64,000 bases of DNA from an uncultured Clostridia bacterium (lineage in GTDB: Bacteria; Bacillota; Clostridia; TANB77; CAG-508). The notes below the pieces were generated by a model that was not told the DNA's origin, made no database searches, and saw nothing but the letters and a program-made list of their open reading frames with translations. The position numbers and the translations under genes were made by a program. The stretch lies in the NCBI GenBank assembly GCA_963931445.1, contig OZ007016.1:1475279-1539278 (forward strand). The letters run 5' to 3'. Positions 30,809 through 41,573 of this stretch are shown here, piece by piece. Position 1 is the first letter of the stretch. Each line of letters starts with the position of its first letter.

Positions 30809-31150
30809 GTATAGGAAAAATCGACTTTTTATTTAAAATTTCAGTATTTTTAATGATTTTTGCTATACAACAAGGTTAGGCATCCTTAGACTGTCCGAGC
30901 GAAGCGAGTGACATGTATTTCGCACTTGCTTCAGAGGAATACTTGGCGAAATGCCTTTCTTATTGTATAGCAAAAATCGACTTTTTATTTAAAATTTCAG
31001 TATTTTTAATGATTTTTGCTATACAACAAGGTTAGGCATCCTTAGACTGTCCGAGCGAAGCGAGTGACATGTATTTCGCACTTGCTTCAGAGGAATACTT
31101 GGCGAAATGCCTTTCTTATTGTATAGCAAAAATCGACTTTTTTCGTGATA
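30800..31150 (+). repeat. Repeat element A, tandem array of two full 156-bp units plus a partial third
   Basis: The units abut head to tail (…CTTTCTTATTGTATAGCAAAAATCGAC…) with no spacer. Confidence 0.85.
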
Positions 31151-31230
31151 TTTTAGTACGCTTATCTATTCTTGCTATATAAAAATGTTTAATTTTCTTA
31201 AATAATCTTTACTGTATTTTAGTATTTTAA

Positions 31231-31413
31231 TTAACTATTTTCTACTTTTTTTACTATCATTTTCAATGCTTTTGGTCTTTCTATCATTATAGTATGTCCA
31301 CACCCCAAGCATTTTAATTTAAAATCTACTCCAACTCTAGTTACTTCCCATAATTTACTTCCACAAGGATGCTGTTTTTTTGTTCTTACAATATCTCCTA
31401 TATTGTATTCCAT
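31231..31413 (-). CDS. DUF951 family small protein
   Basis: GDIV..KK.HPCGS..W.....G.D...KC.GCGH match the DUF951 signature. Confidence 0.6.
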   Translation of the reverse strand: MEYNIGDIVRTKKQHPCGSKLWEVTRVGVDFKLKCLGCGHTIMIERPKALKMIVKKVENS

Positions 31414-31464
31414 ATAAATTACACATCCCCTTTCTTTGATAATATAGACTTTTCTATTTTGATA

Positions 31465-33120
31465 CTAATTTTTAGCTATTGCTTTTTCTAATCTTTTTAT
31501 TACACTATCTTTTCCTAATACTTGCATTATTTCATACATGTCTGGGGTATTTTGTCTTCCTGTTAAAGCTATTCTTAAAACAGTACTTATATCTCCTACA
31601 TGCCCTGGCCATTTTTCTGGATTTTCTTTAAATTCTTTTACTTCTCTTGCATAGCCACATTTTTCTGCAAGGTCTTTTATTTTATTAAACCATGTATCTT
31701 TTTCATCATTAATATCAAAAAATTCATTAATGTATGCTTGTAATATTTTATTTATTTCTTCTTTATTATTTATTTTTACATATTCATATACAACATTTTC
31801 ATTTAAAAATTTATTATCAAACATATATACTATAGAATTTTTAACATCAGACCATTTCGAAATATCTTTTCTAGGTTTTTTATTTCCTCTTTCAATTCCA
31901 AATACTTTTAAAGAATATTCTTTATCTTGTAGTAATTCTTCTAATTCCTTGTCATACTTTTTTGCCCAATTTAAAGAATTTTCATACACTTCTTCAGCTG
32001 TCATTTTTGATATAACTGTTTTTCCTATATCTAATAATTTTATCATATCAAATAATGCACCACTTACACTCATTTTGTTTAATTGGAAATCAAATTCTTC
32101 CATATCTTTATCCGGATTTGCTCTTCTCCAATTTTCAAAAGTAGAGTTTGCAATGTTTAGTAAATATTCCTTAACAGCATTTACTGGTATACCTTCCTCT
32201 TTATAGTACGAAACTGCTGCTTCTGGGTCTTTTCTTTTACTTAATTTACGCTTATTCCCATTATCATTTTTCATGATTGGAGATATATGAGCATATTTTG
32301 GAGCTTTAAATCCTAATTCATGGAATAATTGTAAATGTAATGGTACTGAAGATAACCATTCATCACTACGAATTACATGAGTAGTTCTCATTAAATGATC
32401 ATCTACTGCATGTGCGAAATGATATGTTGGTAGTCCATCTGCTTTAATTATTACTATATCTTGATCATTTTCTGGAAAGTCTACATTTCCTTTAATAATA
32501 TCATGGTGTTTTATTTTTCTATCTTCTCTTCCTGGTGATTTAAAACGAATTATATACTTTTCTCCATTTTTTATCTTTTCTATAGATTCTTCTACAGTAA
32601 GATTTCTACATTTTGCCCATACTCCATAATATCCAGGTCTTATTTTAGCAGCTTCTTGTTTTTTTCTAATTTCTTCTACTTGTTCTGATGTGCAAAAACA
32701 TGGATAAGCTTTTCCTTGCTCTAATAAATATTTTGCATAAGCTTCATATATGTCTTTTCTTAAAGATTGCTTATATGGTCCATATTTTCCTATTTCTTCT
32801 GTTTCTGTTATCATTCCTTCATCTGGTACCATATTAAAATCTTTTAAAGAGTTTACAATACCTGTTACACCATTTTCTACTTCTCTTTTTTGATCTGTAT
32901 CTTCAACTCTTAAGAAAAATACACCTTTTGTCTTTTTTGTCATTTCAAGTGCAACTAAAGCTTGATATAATCCACCAATATGAACAAATCCTGTTGGACT
33001 TGGTGCAAATCTAGAAACTATTGCTCCTTCAGGTAAATTTCTTTCTGGATACTTTTCTTCATAATATGATATTTCCTTTGCATTTGGAAATATTAAATCT
33101 GCTAAATCTTTATAATTCAT
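31465..33120 (-). CDS. gltX: glutamate--tRNA ligase
   Basis: HIGG motif (PSPTGFVHIGG) and a KMSKS-like KLSKR. Confidence 0.85.
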   Translation of the reverse strand: MNYKDLADLIFPNAKEISYYEEKYPERNLPEGAIVSRFAPSPTGFVHIGGLYQALVALEMTKKTKGVFFLRVEDTDQKREVENGVTGIVNSLKDFNMVPDEGMITETEEIGKYGPYKQSLRKDIYEAYAKYLLEQGKAYPCFCTSEQVEEIRKKQEAAKIRPGYYGVWAKCRNLTVEESIEKIKNGEKYIIRFKSPGREDRKIKHHDIIKGNVDFPENDQDIVIIKADGLPTYHFAHAVDDHLMRTTHVIRSDEWLSSVPLHLQLFHELGFKAPKYAHISPIMKNDNGNKRKLSKRKDPEAAVSYYKEEGIPVNAVKEYLLNIANSTFENWRRANPDKDMEEFDFQLNKMSVSGALFDMIKLLDIGKTVISKMTAEEVYENSLNWAKKYDKELEELLQDKEYSLKVFGIERGNKKPRKDISKWSDVKNSIVYMFDNKFLNENVVYEYVKINNKEEINKILQAYINEFFDINDEKDTWFNKIKDLAEKCGYAREVKEFKENPEKWPGHVGDISTVLRIALTGRQNTPDMYEIMQVLGKDSVIKRLEKAIAKN

Positions 33121-33141
33121 AACTTTCTCTCTCCTTATTTC

Positions 33142-35028
33142 TTACACTTCCATTATAATTGGTAATATCATTGGATTACGCTTTGTTCTTTGAAAAATAT
33201 AATCTCTTAAATCATCTTTTAATGTTGATTTTATTGTAGACCAATCTCTTATTCCTTCTTCTTCAAAGGTTCTAACTTCTTGTTTTATTACTCTTTTCAC
33301 ATCATCCATTAAAGTTTCTGATTCTCTTACATATACAAATCCTCTTGAAACCACATCTGGCCCTGATATTATTTCTCCTGTAGATTTGTCCATTGTCATT
33401 ACTATTACTATTAATCCATCTTGTGACAAATGTTGTCTATCTCTTAATACTATATTTCCTACATCTCCTATTCCTAAACCATCAACTAATATTTTTCCTG
33501 ATGGAACTGATGTAGTTATTTTAGCTTCTTTTTTATTTAATTCTAATGTTTTTCCATTTTCTAATATAAATATATTTTCTGTTGGAATTCCCATTTTTTT
33601 TGCTGTTTCCGCATGTGCTCTTAATTGTTTATATTCGCCATGTACAGGAATAAAATATTTTGGTTTTGCAAGAGATATTATTAATTTTTGTTCTTCTTGA
33701 CATGCATGTCCAGATACATGAATATCTTCTAATGCACTATATATAACTTCAGCACCAATTTGCATTAAATCATTTATTACATTTGAAACCAATTTTTCAT
33801 TTCCTGGTATTGGTGTTGCTGAAATTATAACCATATCATTTGGTGTAATAACTACTTTTTTATGTTCTCCTGCTGCCATTCTTGTTAATGCTGACATAGT
33901 TTCACCTTGACTTCCTGTAGTTATAATTACTAATTGTTCATCTGTATAATTTTTAATTAAATCTATATCAATAAACATATTTTCCGGTGCATCAATATAG
34001 CCTATTTCTCTTGCAGTATTTATCATATTTATCATACTTCTACCACATACTGCAATTTTTCTATTATGCTCTTTTGCTGAATTTACAATTTGTTGAACCC
34101 TGTGCACATTTGAAGCAAATGTCGCTACAACTATTCTTTTTTTATTATTTTGAAATAATCTATCAAAAACATCTCCAACAGTACTTTCAGACATTGTATA
34201 ACCTTTTCTTTCAGAATTTGTACTATCTGACATTAATGCTAAAATTCCTTTATTTCCTAATTCTGCAATTCTCCCTAAATCCATAATTTGATCATCTATT
34301 GGTGTAAAATCTACTTTAAAGTCTCCAGTATGCAATACCACTCCTACTGGTGTATGAATTGCAAGCATAACTGAATCTGGTATACTATGACTGCTTCTGA
34401 TAAATTCTATTTTAATGTTTCCAAAATTAATTGTTTGTCCTTGTTCTACTATATTTAATTTAGTAGATGAAAGTAAGTTATGTTCTTCTAATTTGTTCTT
34501 TATTAAACCAGCTGTTAATCTAGTTGCATAAATTGGTATATTGATTTTTTTAAATATATATGGTATAGCACCAATGTGATCTTCATGTCCATGTGTTATA
34601 ACTAATCCTTTAATTTTATCTTTGTTTTTTTCTAAATATGTTATATCTGGTATTACTAAATCTATTCCTAGCATATCATCTTCAGGAAATTCTAATCCAC
34701 AATCTACTAATATTATTTCATTTTCGTATTCAAATACAGTTATATTTTTTCCTATTTCATCTAATCCGCCTAAAGGTATAATCTTTAAGTTATTTTTCTT
34801 AAATTCAAATTTATTAGTATTAGACTTTTTCTTTTTATCTAAAGATTTTATTAACATATCTTCTTTTTTTATATCTTGTAAGTTATTTTTTCTAATTCTG
34901 TTCTCTTTTCCATCTTCACTTTTATTGGCCTTGTTTATTCTTCTAGTCATGTTTTTCTTTTCTTCTAATTTTGCATATTCCTTCTTTTCCATTATCTCAT
35001 TTTTTTTCATATAATTATTTTCTCCCAT
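33142..35028 (-). CDS. rnj: ribonuclease J with a Lys/Glu-rich N-terminal extension
   Basis: Metallo-beta-lactamase HxHxDH (ITHGHEDH), a beta-CASP domain and the RNase J C-terminal domain. Which ATG is the start is uncertain. Confidence 0.85.
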   Translation of the reverse strand: MGENNYMKKNEIMEKKEYAKLEEKKNMTRRINKANKSEDGKENRIRKNNLQDIKKEDMLIKSLDKKKKSNTNKFEFKKNNLKIIPLGGLDEIGKNITVFEYENEIILVDCGLEFPEDDMLGIDLVIPDITYLEKNKDKIKGLVITHGHEDHIGAIPYIFKKINIPIYATRLTAGLIKNKLEEHNLLSSTKLNIVEQGQTINFGNIKIEFIRSSHSIPDSVMLAIHTPVGVVLHTGDFKVDFTPIDDQIMDLGRIAELGNKGILALMSDSTNSERKGYTMSESTVGDVFDRLFQNNKKRIVVATFASNVHRVQQIVNSAKEHNRKIAVCGRSMINMINTAREIGYIDAPENMFIDIDLIKNYTDEQLVIITTGSQGETMSALTRMAAGEHKKVVITPNDMVIISATPIPGNEKLVSNVINDLMQIGAEVIYSALEDIHVSGHACQEEQKLIISLAKPKYFIPVHGEYKQLRAHAETAKKMGIPTENIFILENGKTLELNKKEAKITTSVPSGKILVDGLGIGDVGNIVLRDRQHLSQDGLIVIVMTMDKSTGEIISGPDVVSRGFVYVRESETLMDDVKRVIKQEVRTFEEEGIRDWSTIKSTLKDDLRDYIFQRTKRNPMILPIIMEV

Positions 35029-35499
35029 CTTTTATAATTTATTGTATATATTTAATAATATAATACTAAAAGTTAATTTATATACAAATTCTAAAATAAT
35101 AATTATTTCTATTAACAATAAAACTAGCTAATTATAAATATAAAATATCTTACTATTTATTTCATACTATTACTATACATAGATTTTACTTTACAAACAT
35201 AAGCAAATAACAATGTAAGTAAGATTTGTTATATACTTTTATTTCTTCTTATGATATAAAATAAAAGTAGCTTATAAATATTATAAACTACTTTGCTAAA
35301 ACATCAGTACAATATTTTATTTATACTTTAGCATAATATACATAACATACTAAATATATTTTCCGCACCATAAGTATGTTTCTATTTTATATTATCTAAA
35401 TTTTATAATCCGCTTCATAATTTACAATATCATAATATATTTTAATTATATATAAATCTCTTCTTTACCTTATTTTGGTAACAACTGTAAATTATTATA

Positions 35500-36405
35500 C
35501 TATTTTTTTTTATTTTTGTCAACTATAACTGCACCTATTAGACCTGCATCATTTTTAAATTCAGATAATAATATATCTGGCATACTATCTTTATTAAATT
35601 TATATTTTCTTAAATTCATTTCTTCAACTAATTTTTCATAAAATATTTCTTTAAAAAATACAAAACTTCCTCCAAAGCAAATTGCTTCTGGTTCAAATAT
35701 ATCTATAATATTTGAAAGTCCTATAATTAAATTATTTATAAATTCTTCTATTAAACTATTAATTTTATTATCTTTAATATTTTCCTTTATTTTTTCTAAT
35801 ATTTCTTCTGAAGAAACATCTTCTAAATTTAATATATCTTTTGTTTTGTCCTTAAATCTTTTTATAGAACAATAAGTTTCAAAGCATCCTCTTTTTCCAC
35901 AATTACATATATTTCCATCTTTTTGTATTATCATATGTCCTAATTCAAACCCATTATTTTTTTTATTTTTTAATTCTTTTCCATTTAAAAATACTGCTGA
36001 ACCTATTCCTGTTCCCAAACATAAAAATACAGCATCTTTATATGGTTTTAATGCACCATATTTAAATTCTGCAATTCCTGCAGATTTTGCATCATTTTTT
36101 ATATCAATTTTTATTTTATATTTTTCAAATATTTCTTTAAAATTCAATTCTTTTATTCCTAAATTCACAATATTAGTTATATTTAATTGTTCTATATTTG
36201 GATTTCCAGGACCTGCTATGCCAATTAATTTAATTGAGTTTTCTTCTTTAAATTTATTTATATAAAAATCAATTATATTTAAGATATCAATCTCTATATT
36301 TTTATTTTTTTCTATTGGTATTTCTATTTTTTCTATAATTTTGTTTTTATTGTTAATCAAAGCAATTCCTATATGACTTCCACCTAAATCTACTCCTATT
36401 TTCAT
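35500..36405 (-). CDS. ROK-family sugar kinase (glucokinase-like)
   Basis: DLGGSHIGIAL N-terminus and the zinc motif CNCGKRGCFE. Confidence 0.8.
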   Translation of the reverse strand: MKIGVDLGGSHIGIALINNKNKIIEKIEIPIEKNKNIEIDILNIIDFYINKFKEENSIKLIGIAGPGNPNIEQLNITNIVNLGIKELNFKEIFEKYKIKIDIKNDAKSAGIAEFKYGALKPYKDAVFLCLGTGIGSAVFLNGKELKNKKNNGFELGHMIIQKDGNICNCGKRGCFETYCSIKRFKDKTKDILNLEDVSSEEILEKIKENIKDNKINSLIEEFINNLIIGLSNIIDIFEPEAICFGGSFVFFKEIFYEKLVEEMNLRKYKFNKDSMPDILLSEFKNDAGLIGAVIVDKNKKK

Positions 36406-36493
36406 ATTTACCCCTTAATTCAAAAAATAATACTATTCAAAGAATGAAATACTAATAAATTTCTATGAATAGTATTATTTTATTATATTTTTA

Positions 36494-37861
36494 TTACATG
36501 GTTATATCTATACCTAAATCTACTGATTCAAATATCCATCCACCCATGTATAATTGTATACATGGTACAATTATTACTATTACTAAGAATATTAAAAATA
36601 CACCTACTATAGAATATACAACTTGTGGTAATACTGCCATAACTTTTTGTATTAAATTATTAATATCCATTTCCATATATTCAACTAATTTTTTCATCAT
36701 TTCAATTAAATCTGTTTGCATTCCTATTTTTAACATTTCAGTCTGCATTGATGAAGATAAGCCAGAATTTTCAAATGGTTCAATCCAAGATGCACCAATT
36801 AATATATTATTAATTGCAGTTTCAATAATTGATAACATAACATAATTCTTTACTACTGCTTTGCTTACATCTAAGGCTTCTTGAATTCTCATTCCATTTT
36901 CCAAATTTAGTAACATTGCTCTCATGAATCTTGAAAAATCCATAGAATATATCAATTTACCAAATATAGGCATTTTATATTTAAAATAATCAAAATCATA
37001 TCTTCCTTTTGGTGTTTTAATATATACTATTACACCTCCTATAACTGATGAGAATATAATCACAGGTATATACCATACATTTATTAATCCATTACAAAAA
37101 TCTACAAACCATAATGTTATTTCTGGAAGTGTTTGAGTGGTTCCTGATTGTGCGAATGCTTCTTGAATTAATGGTATAATATATGCTACACCGAATATTA
37201 GTAATCCTATGATTGCTAATAATTGCAATACATTAGGAATAATTATTTTCTTTAGTCTTGAACTAGTGTTATCTACATCTTCTAAATATTTTACAGCTTG
37301 TTCTAAAGATTTTTCAAGAGAACCAGACATTTCTCCAACTCTTATCATATTAATATATATATATGGAAATATATTAGAATAATATTCCATTGTTGTATAC
37401 ATATATTCTCCAGATTCAACACCTGCCAATATATCTTGTAATACACCTCTTAATGATAAATTATCTGTACTTTCTATAATTGTACTTAATGCATGTATAT
37501 TGTTAAAGTTTGCTTTCTTAAGTAAATAAAAATTTTGAGTAAATATAATAATATCTCTTGCTGTTATTTTTTCTTCTCTTGCCAAAGCAATATTTATTCT
37601 CTCTTTTAAAGTTGGTTTAGCTTTTAATCTTCCTTGCATTATATTGGCTGAATTTGCTTGTTTCATTATATCATCTATGTCTAGTATATTTCTTCTATTA
37701 GCTTTTGCTTTTTTGCTTTTATAACCAACCTGTGTAATACTTATTGGCATTAATCCGTTATTTTTTAATTTCTTTATAAGGTTATTTCTATTTACATCTT
37801 CGACTTTATTTCTTACTACTTGTCCTTTTGATGTTATTGCTCTATAAATATATTCAGGCAT
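36494..37861 (-). CDS. pilC: type IV pilus platform protein PilC (two GspF domains)
   Basis: Two T2SSF repeats with three TM segments. Confidence 0.85.
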   Translation of the reverse strand: MPEYIYRAITSKGQVVRNKVEDVNRNNLIKKLKNNGLMPISITQVGYKSKKAKANRRNILDIDDIMKQANSANIMQGRLKAKPTLKERINIALAREEKITARDIIIFTQNFYLLKKANFNNIHALSTIIESTDNLSLRGVLQDILAGVESGEYMYTTMEYYSNIFPYIYINMIRVGEMSGSLEKSLEQAVKYLEDVDNTSSRLKKIIIPNVLQLLAIIGLLIFGVAYIIPLIQEAFAQSGTTQTLPEITLWFVDFCNGLINVWYIPVIIFSSVIGGVIVYIKTPKGRYDFDYFKYKMPIFGKLIYSMDFSRFMRAMLLNLENGMRIQEALDVSKAVVKNYVMLSIIETAINNILIGASWIEPFENSGLSSSMQTEMLKIGMQTDLIEMMKKLVEYMEMDINNLIQKVMAVLPQVVYSIVGVFLIFLVIVIIVPCIQLYMGGWIFESVDLGIDITM

Positions 37862-37893
37862 TTTTCCTCCTTTCCAATAAAATTTTAATAATT

Positions 37894-39012
37894 TTATTGC
37901 TGTATTCTATTTGTTTTTTCTTTATTTATTTTTAATTGCATTATAGTTCTATTTAAAATTTCTATATTTTTTTCCTCTATTTGTGCCTTTGCTTGTTCTA
38001 ATGTTATTACATCATTCACAAAAAGCTCTGCTATTGAATTAATTAATCCTATACTTCCTTTTTCTGAATTACTTTGTATAGCATCTTCTATTTCAGATAC
38101 ACTAATTTTTTCTTTTCTAATTATTCCAGATACTATGTTATCTACTACCATTACTTCAGGAACTAAAACAAGTTGGTCATTTTTTCCAAGTAATAATCTT
38201 TGAGAAATTACTAATTTTAAAAGTGAAGAAATTAAATACTTAACTGTTTGTTGATCTCTTATTTCATAAAAATTTACCATTCTGTCTATTGTTTCTGCAC
38301 ATGATTTTGTATGAAGTGTACCTATTACTAAATGTCCTGCCTCTGCTGTTTCAATTGCCGCTTCCATTGTTTCTCTATCTCTAATTTCACCAATTACTAA
38401 TATATCGCAGTCTTCTCTTAAACAATTTTTTACGCCATCACTATAATTTAAACAATCTCTACCGGCGCCAATTTCTTTTTGCACTACAATTGACTTTTTA
38501 CTTTTATGTTTATATTCAACAGGACTTTCTAATGTAAGTATTTTTTTATTTTGATTTTCATTTATTTCATTTATAAGAGCATTTAAAGTAGTAGTTTTAC
38601 CTGAATTTGTCTTACCTGTGACTAATATTAAACCTTGTGGTTGATATGTCATTCTCCTTACTATATCTGGTACACCTAAGTCTTGATATTTTGGTAATTC
38701 GCTTTTTATTAATCTTAATGTAAATATTGGTACATCATCTGCTAGTGAAATATTTACCCTTAATCGTATATCTTCATACTCAAAAGAAGTATCTAATCTT
38801 TTAGTTTCTTTAAATACTTTATCTTTATCTAAATTTCCTCTTACAAAATAATCATATATGTCATACATATCATCTACTGTAAGAACTGAAGGAGTTTCAA
38901 ATTCAATTAATTGTCTTCTTATTCTAAGCATTGGCTTTAAGTTACATATTAAATGAATATCAGATGCATCCTTTTTTTTTGCAACTTTTAAAATTTCATC
39001 AATGTCTATCAT
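37894..39012 (-). CDS. pilT: PilT-like retraction ATPase
   Basis: About 370 aa GspE-family ATPase lacking the N1 domain; Walker A GKTNSGKTTT. Confidence 0.8.
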   Translation of the reverse strand: MIDIDEILKVAKKKDASDIHLICNLKPMLRIRRQLIEFETPSVLTVDDMYDIYDYFVRGNLDKDKVFKETKRLDTSFEYEDIRLRVNISLADDVPIFTLRLIKSELPKYQDLGVPDIVRRMTYQPQGLILVTGKTNSGKTTTLNALINEINENQNKKILTLESPVEYKHKSKKSIVVQKEIGAGRDCLNYSDGVKNCLREDCDILVIGEIRDRETMEAAIETAEAGHLVIGTLHTKSCAETIDRMVNFYEIRDQQTVKYLISSLLKLVISQRLLLGKNDQLVLVPEVMVVDNIVSGIIRKEKISVSEIEDAIQSNSEKGSIGLINSIAELFVNDVITLEQAKAQIEEKNIEILNRTIMQLKINKEKTNRIQQ

Positions 39013-39029
39013 TGGTTACCTCCTAAATA

Positions 39030-40655
39030 TTAATATATAGCTAATTTATTATTTAGTTCTTGCATATTTGTTATTCCATCTAACATTTTATATATTCCAT
39101 CTACAATTAATGGAACATATCCTGATTCTAATGCACTATTTCTTATTTCTATTGCAGATTTATTATCTACAATTAATGTTCTTAATTCATCATTTAAAAT
39201 AAGTATTTCAAATATACCTATTCTTCCAAGATAACCAGTATTATTACACTTTTTACAGCCAACTGCATCAAATGTTTTTTTGCCATTTAAATCAAACTTT
39301 ATTCCATATTTATCACCAATTTTATTTATAATTTCTATTTCCTCTTTAGTATATTCTCTTTCTTTTAAACAATATGGGCAAAGTTTTCTTACAAGTCTTT
39401 GTGATACAGATGTTGCTAAAGTACTAGATATATCATAATTTGAAATTCCCATTTTTCTAAGTCTAGTTATAACTTCTATTGCATCTATAGTGTGTATTGT
39501 AGATAATACATAATGTCCTGTTTGTCCTGCTTGCATAGCAATTTCTGCTGTTTCTTTATCTCTTATTTCTCCCACTAGTATTATGTCTGGATCTTGTCTT
39601 AAGACTGTTCTTAAAGAACTTGCAAATGTTATTTTTGGATCAACTTCAATTTGATTTAATCCATTAATTCTTATTTCAACAGGATCCTCTATTGTTGTAA
39701 TATTTATTTCTGGTCTATTTAAATAATCTATAATACTATATAATGTTGTAGTTTTTCCTTCTCCTGTTGGTGCTGCAATAACTGTTATACTATTCTTTTT
39801 GTTAAATGCTTTTTTTACTAATTCTTCGTCCTTTGGAAACCCTAAATCAAATATTGATTTTACATCTTCATTTTTCTTTAATAATCTTAAAACAAATTTT
39901 TCTCCATATATATTTTTTTGTGAAGAAACACGAATATTATATTCTGGATACATAACAATTCTTCCATCTTGTGCTTCTTGCTTTTCTTGATGCATATTTG
40001 ATATAGCTTTTAGTCTACCTATAATTTGAGTTTGTTTTTCTTTTCCTATATTTGCTACATCTATTAAAACACCATCAATTCTATATCTTATTCTCATACC
40101 TTCTTGCATAGGTTCAATATGAATATCACTTGCTCTTTTTTCCATAGCTGATTTTATTACACTATCTATAAAACCAGATACATCTGCATTTACATCTATA
40201 TTTTCTGGATTAGGTGAAAAAGAGTTTAATATTGCATCAATATTTGTTTCAAATGTAATGTATTTTTCCATTATTAAACCTTTATTTAAAAGTAACAATC
40301 TAACGGTTTCAATAGCTCTTCTATTAGATGTATCTGCAAAGCATACTTTTATTTTACCAGCATTTTCTTCAAAAGGTATTGCTTTATATTGTTTAGCAAT
40401 ATCTATAGATATATAATCTAACATATTAATCCTTAAATCTGCTTCTCTTAAGTAAATAGCTTTTTCGTCTAAGATTTCTCCAATTGCATTTATTAATATA
40501 TATGGATCACATAATCTTAAAATATTTAATATATCTCCTATTTTTTTCTTTGGTTCAGCTTTTTGATATTCTAACGCTTTTTCTATATCTGCTTCAGATA
40601 CAATTCCTTTTTTTACCAATTCTATTCCTAATGGTTGTCTTTTTTTAGAATCCAT
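39030..40655 (-). CDS. pilB: type IV pilus assembly ATPase PilB
   Basis: GSPII_E N-domain, Walker A APTGEGKTTT and a C-terminal tetracysteine zinc site. Confidence 0.85.
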   Translation of the reverse strand: MDSKKRQPLGIELVKKGIVSEADIEKALEYQKAEPKKKIGDILNILRLCDPYILINAIGEILDEKAIYLREADLRINMLDYISIDIAKQYKAIPFEENAGKIKVCFADTSNRRAIETVRLLLLNKGLIMEKYITFETNIDAILNSFSPNPENIDVNADVSGFIDSVIKSAMEKRASDIHIEPMQEGMRIRYRIDGVLIDVANIGKEKQTQIIGRLKAISNMHQEKQEAQDGRIVMYPEYNIRVSSQKNIYGEKFVLRLLKKNEDVKSIFDLGFPKDEELVKKAFNKKNSITVIAAPTGEGKTTTLYSIIDYLNRPEINITTIEDPVEIRINGLNQIEVDPKITFASSLRTVLRQDPDIILVGEIRDKETAEIAMQAGQTGHYVLSTIHTIDAIEVITRLRKMGISNYDISSTLATSVSQRLVRKLCPYCLKEREYTKEEIEIINKIGDKYGIKFDLNGKKTFDAVGCKKCNNTGYLGRIGIFEILILNDELRTLIVDNKSAIEIRNSALESGYVPLIVDGIYKMLDGITNMQELNNKLAIY

Positions 40656-40686
40656 AGACTTCTCCTTTCATTTGTTAATAATATTA

Positions 40687-41133
40687 TTACCAATATCTTA
40701 ATGTAAATTCAATTTCTTTTTCCATATAATTATTAGAATCTTTTCCAATCTTCATATAAACACTAATAATATTTTTTGTTATAGAATTTACATTATATGT
40801 TTTTGATTGAAATTTACATTCCAATATATTTCCTGCTATTTTAACATCATTCCTATAAATTGAAACACCCTGAAATTTATATGTTGGTCCTTCCTCAAAT
40901 ATAATAGTATTATCAGTAACTGTAGCTGAATTATAATTTTTGACATCTGTAGCAAAAAACATAGTAAATTTATTAAATTCTGCAAGATATCTAGGAGTAT
41001 TATTTAATTCATTTATGTTATCATAAAATGTTGTAGCAACTGTAGTCATAACACTCATTACAATAGTTAAAATTACCATGTATATAGTAAGTGATACTAA
41101 TGTAATGCCTTTTTGACTATTTACATCATACAT
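40687..41133 (-). CDS. minor pilin/pseudopilin-like protein
   Basis: Class III leader QKG|ITLVSLTIYMVIL. Confidence 0.6.
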   Translation of the reverse strand: MYDVNSQKGITLVSLTIYMVILTIVMSVMTTVATTFYDNINELNNTPRYLAEFNKFTMFFATDVKNYNSATVTDNTIIFEEGPTYKFQGVSIYRNDVKIAGNILECKFQSKTYNVNSITKNIISVYMKIGKDSNNYMEKEIEFTLRYW

Positions 41134-41153
41134 TTTTAATACTCCTTTCTTGA

Positions 41154-41564
41154 TTATATTTCTTTAATTTTTAATCTTTGTACATTAAATTCTTCTGTAT
41201 CGCCTTTAAAAGTATAAGATATTTTTAAATTTACAATTTTAATTATATCTTTTAAATTTTCTCCGTAATTTTCAAATTCCAATGAAACTTTAAAACCATT
41301 TGGTATTGAATACTTATTAATATAATATTGACCAGTTTTAGTTTGAGCATCCTCATAAGAAATTTTGTCTATATCTTCTAATATTTGTACTGCATACACT
41401 GTCATTTGTGAATTCAATTTAGTTTTAATATTATTTTTATATATTGCTGTCATTAGCATTATAACTGAACCTACAAATACAAAAATAATAACACTTGCAA
41501 CTATTATATCTTGCATTGTAAATCCTTTTTCTTCTTTTAACTTTAATTTAATATTTTTCATCAT
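41154..41564 (-). CDS. minor pilin/pseudopilin-like protein
   Basis: Leader EKG|FTMQD followed by a hydrophobic helix. Confidence 0.55.
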   Translation of the reverse strand: MMKNIKLKLKEEKGFTMQDIIVASVIIFVFVGSVIMLMTAIYKNNIKTKLNSQMTVYAVQILEDIDKISYEDAQTKTGQYYINKYSIPNGFKVSLEFENYGENLKDIIKIVNLKISYTFKGDTEEFNVQRLKIKEI

Positions 41565-41573
41565 ACCACCTAT

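Noticed and set aside
30800-31150. Possible CRISPR array, given the regular tandem repeats
   Set aside because: The 156-bp units abut directly with no unique spacers. The unit is far longer than CRISPR repeats, and no cas genes are present.
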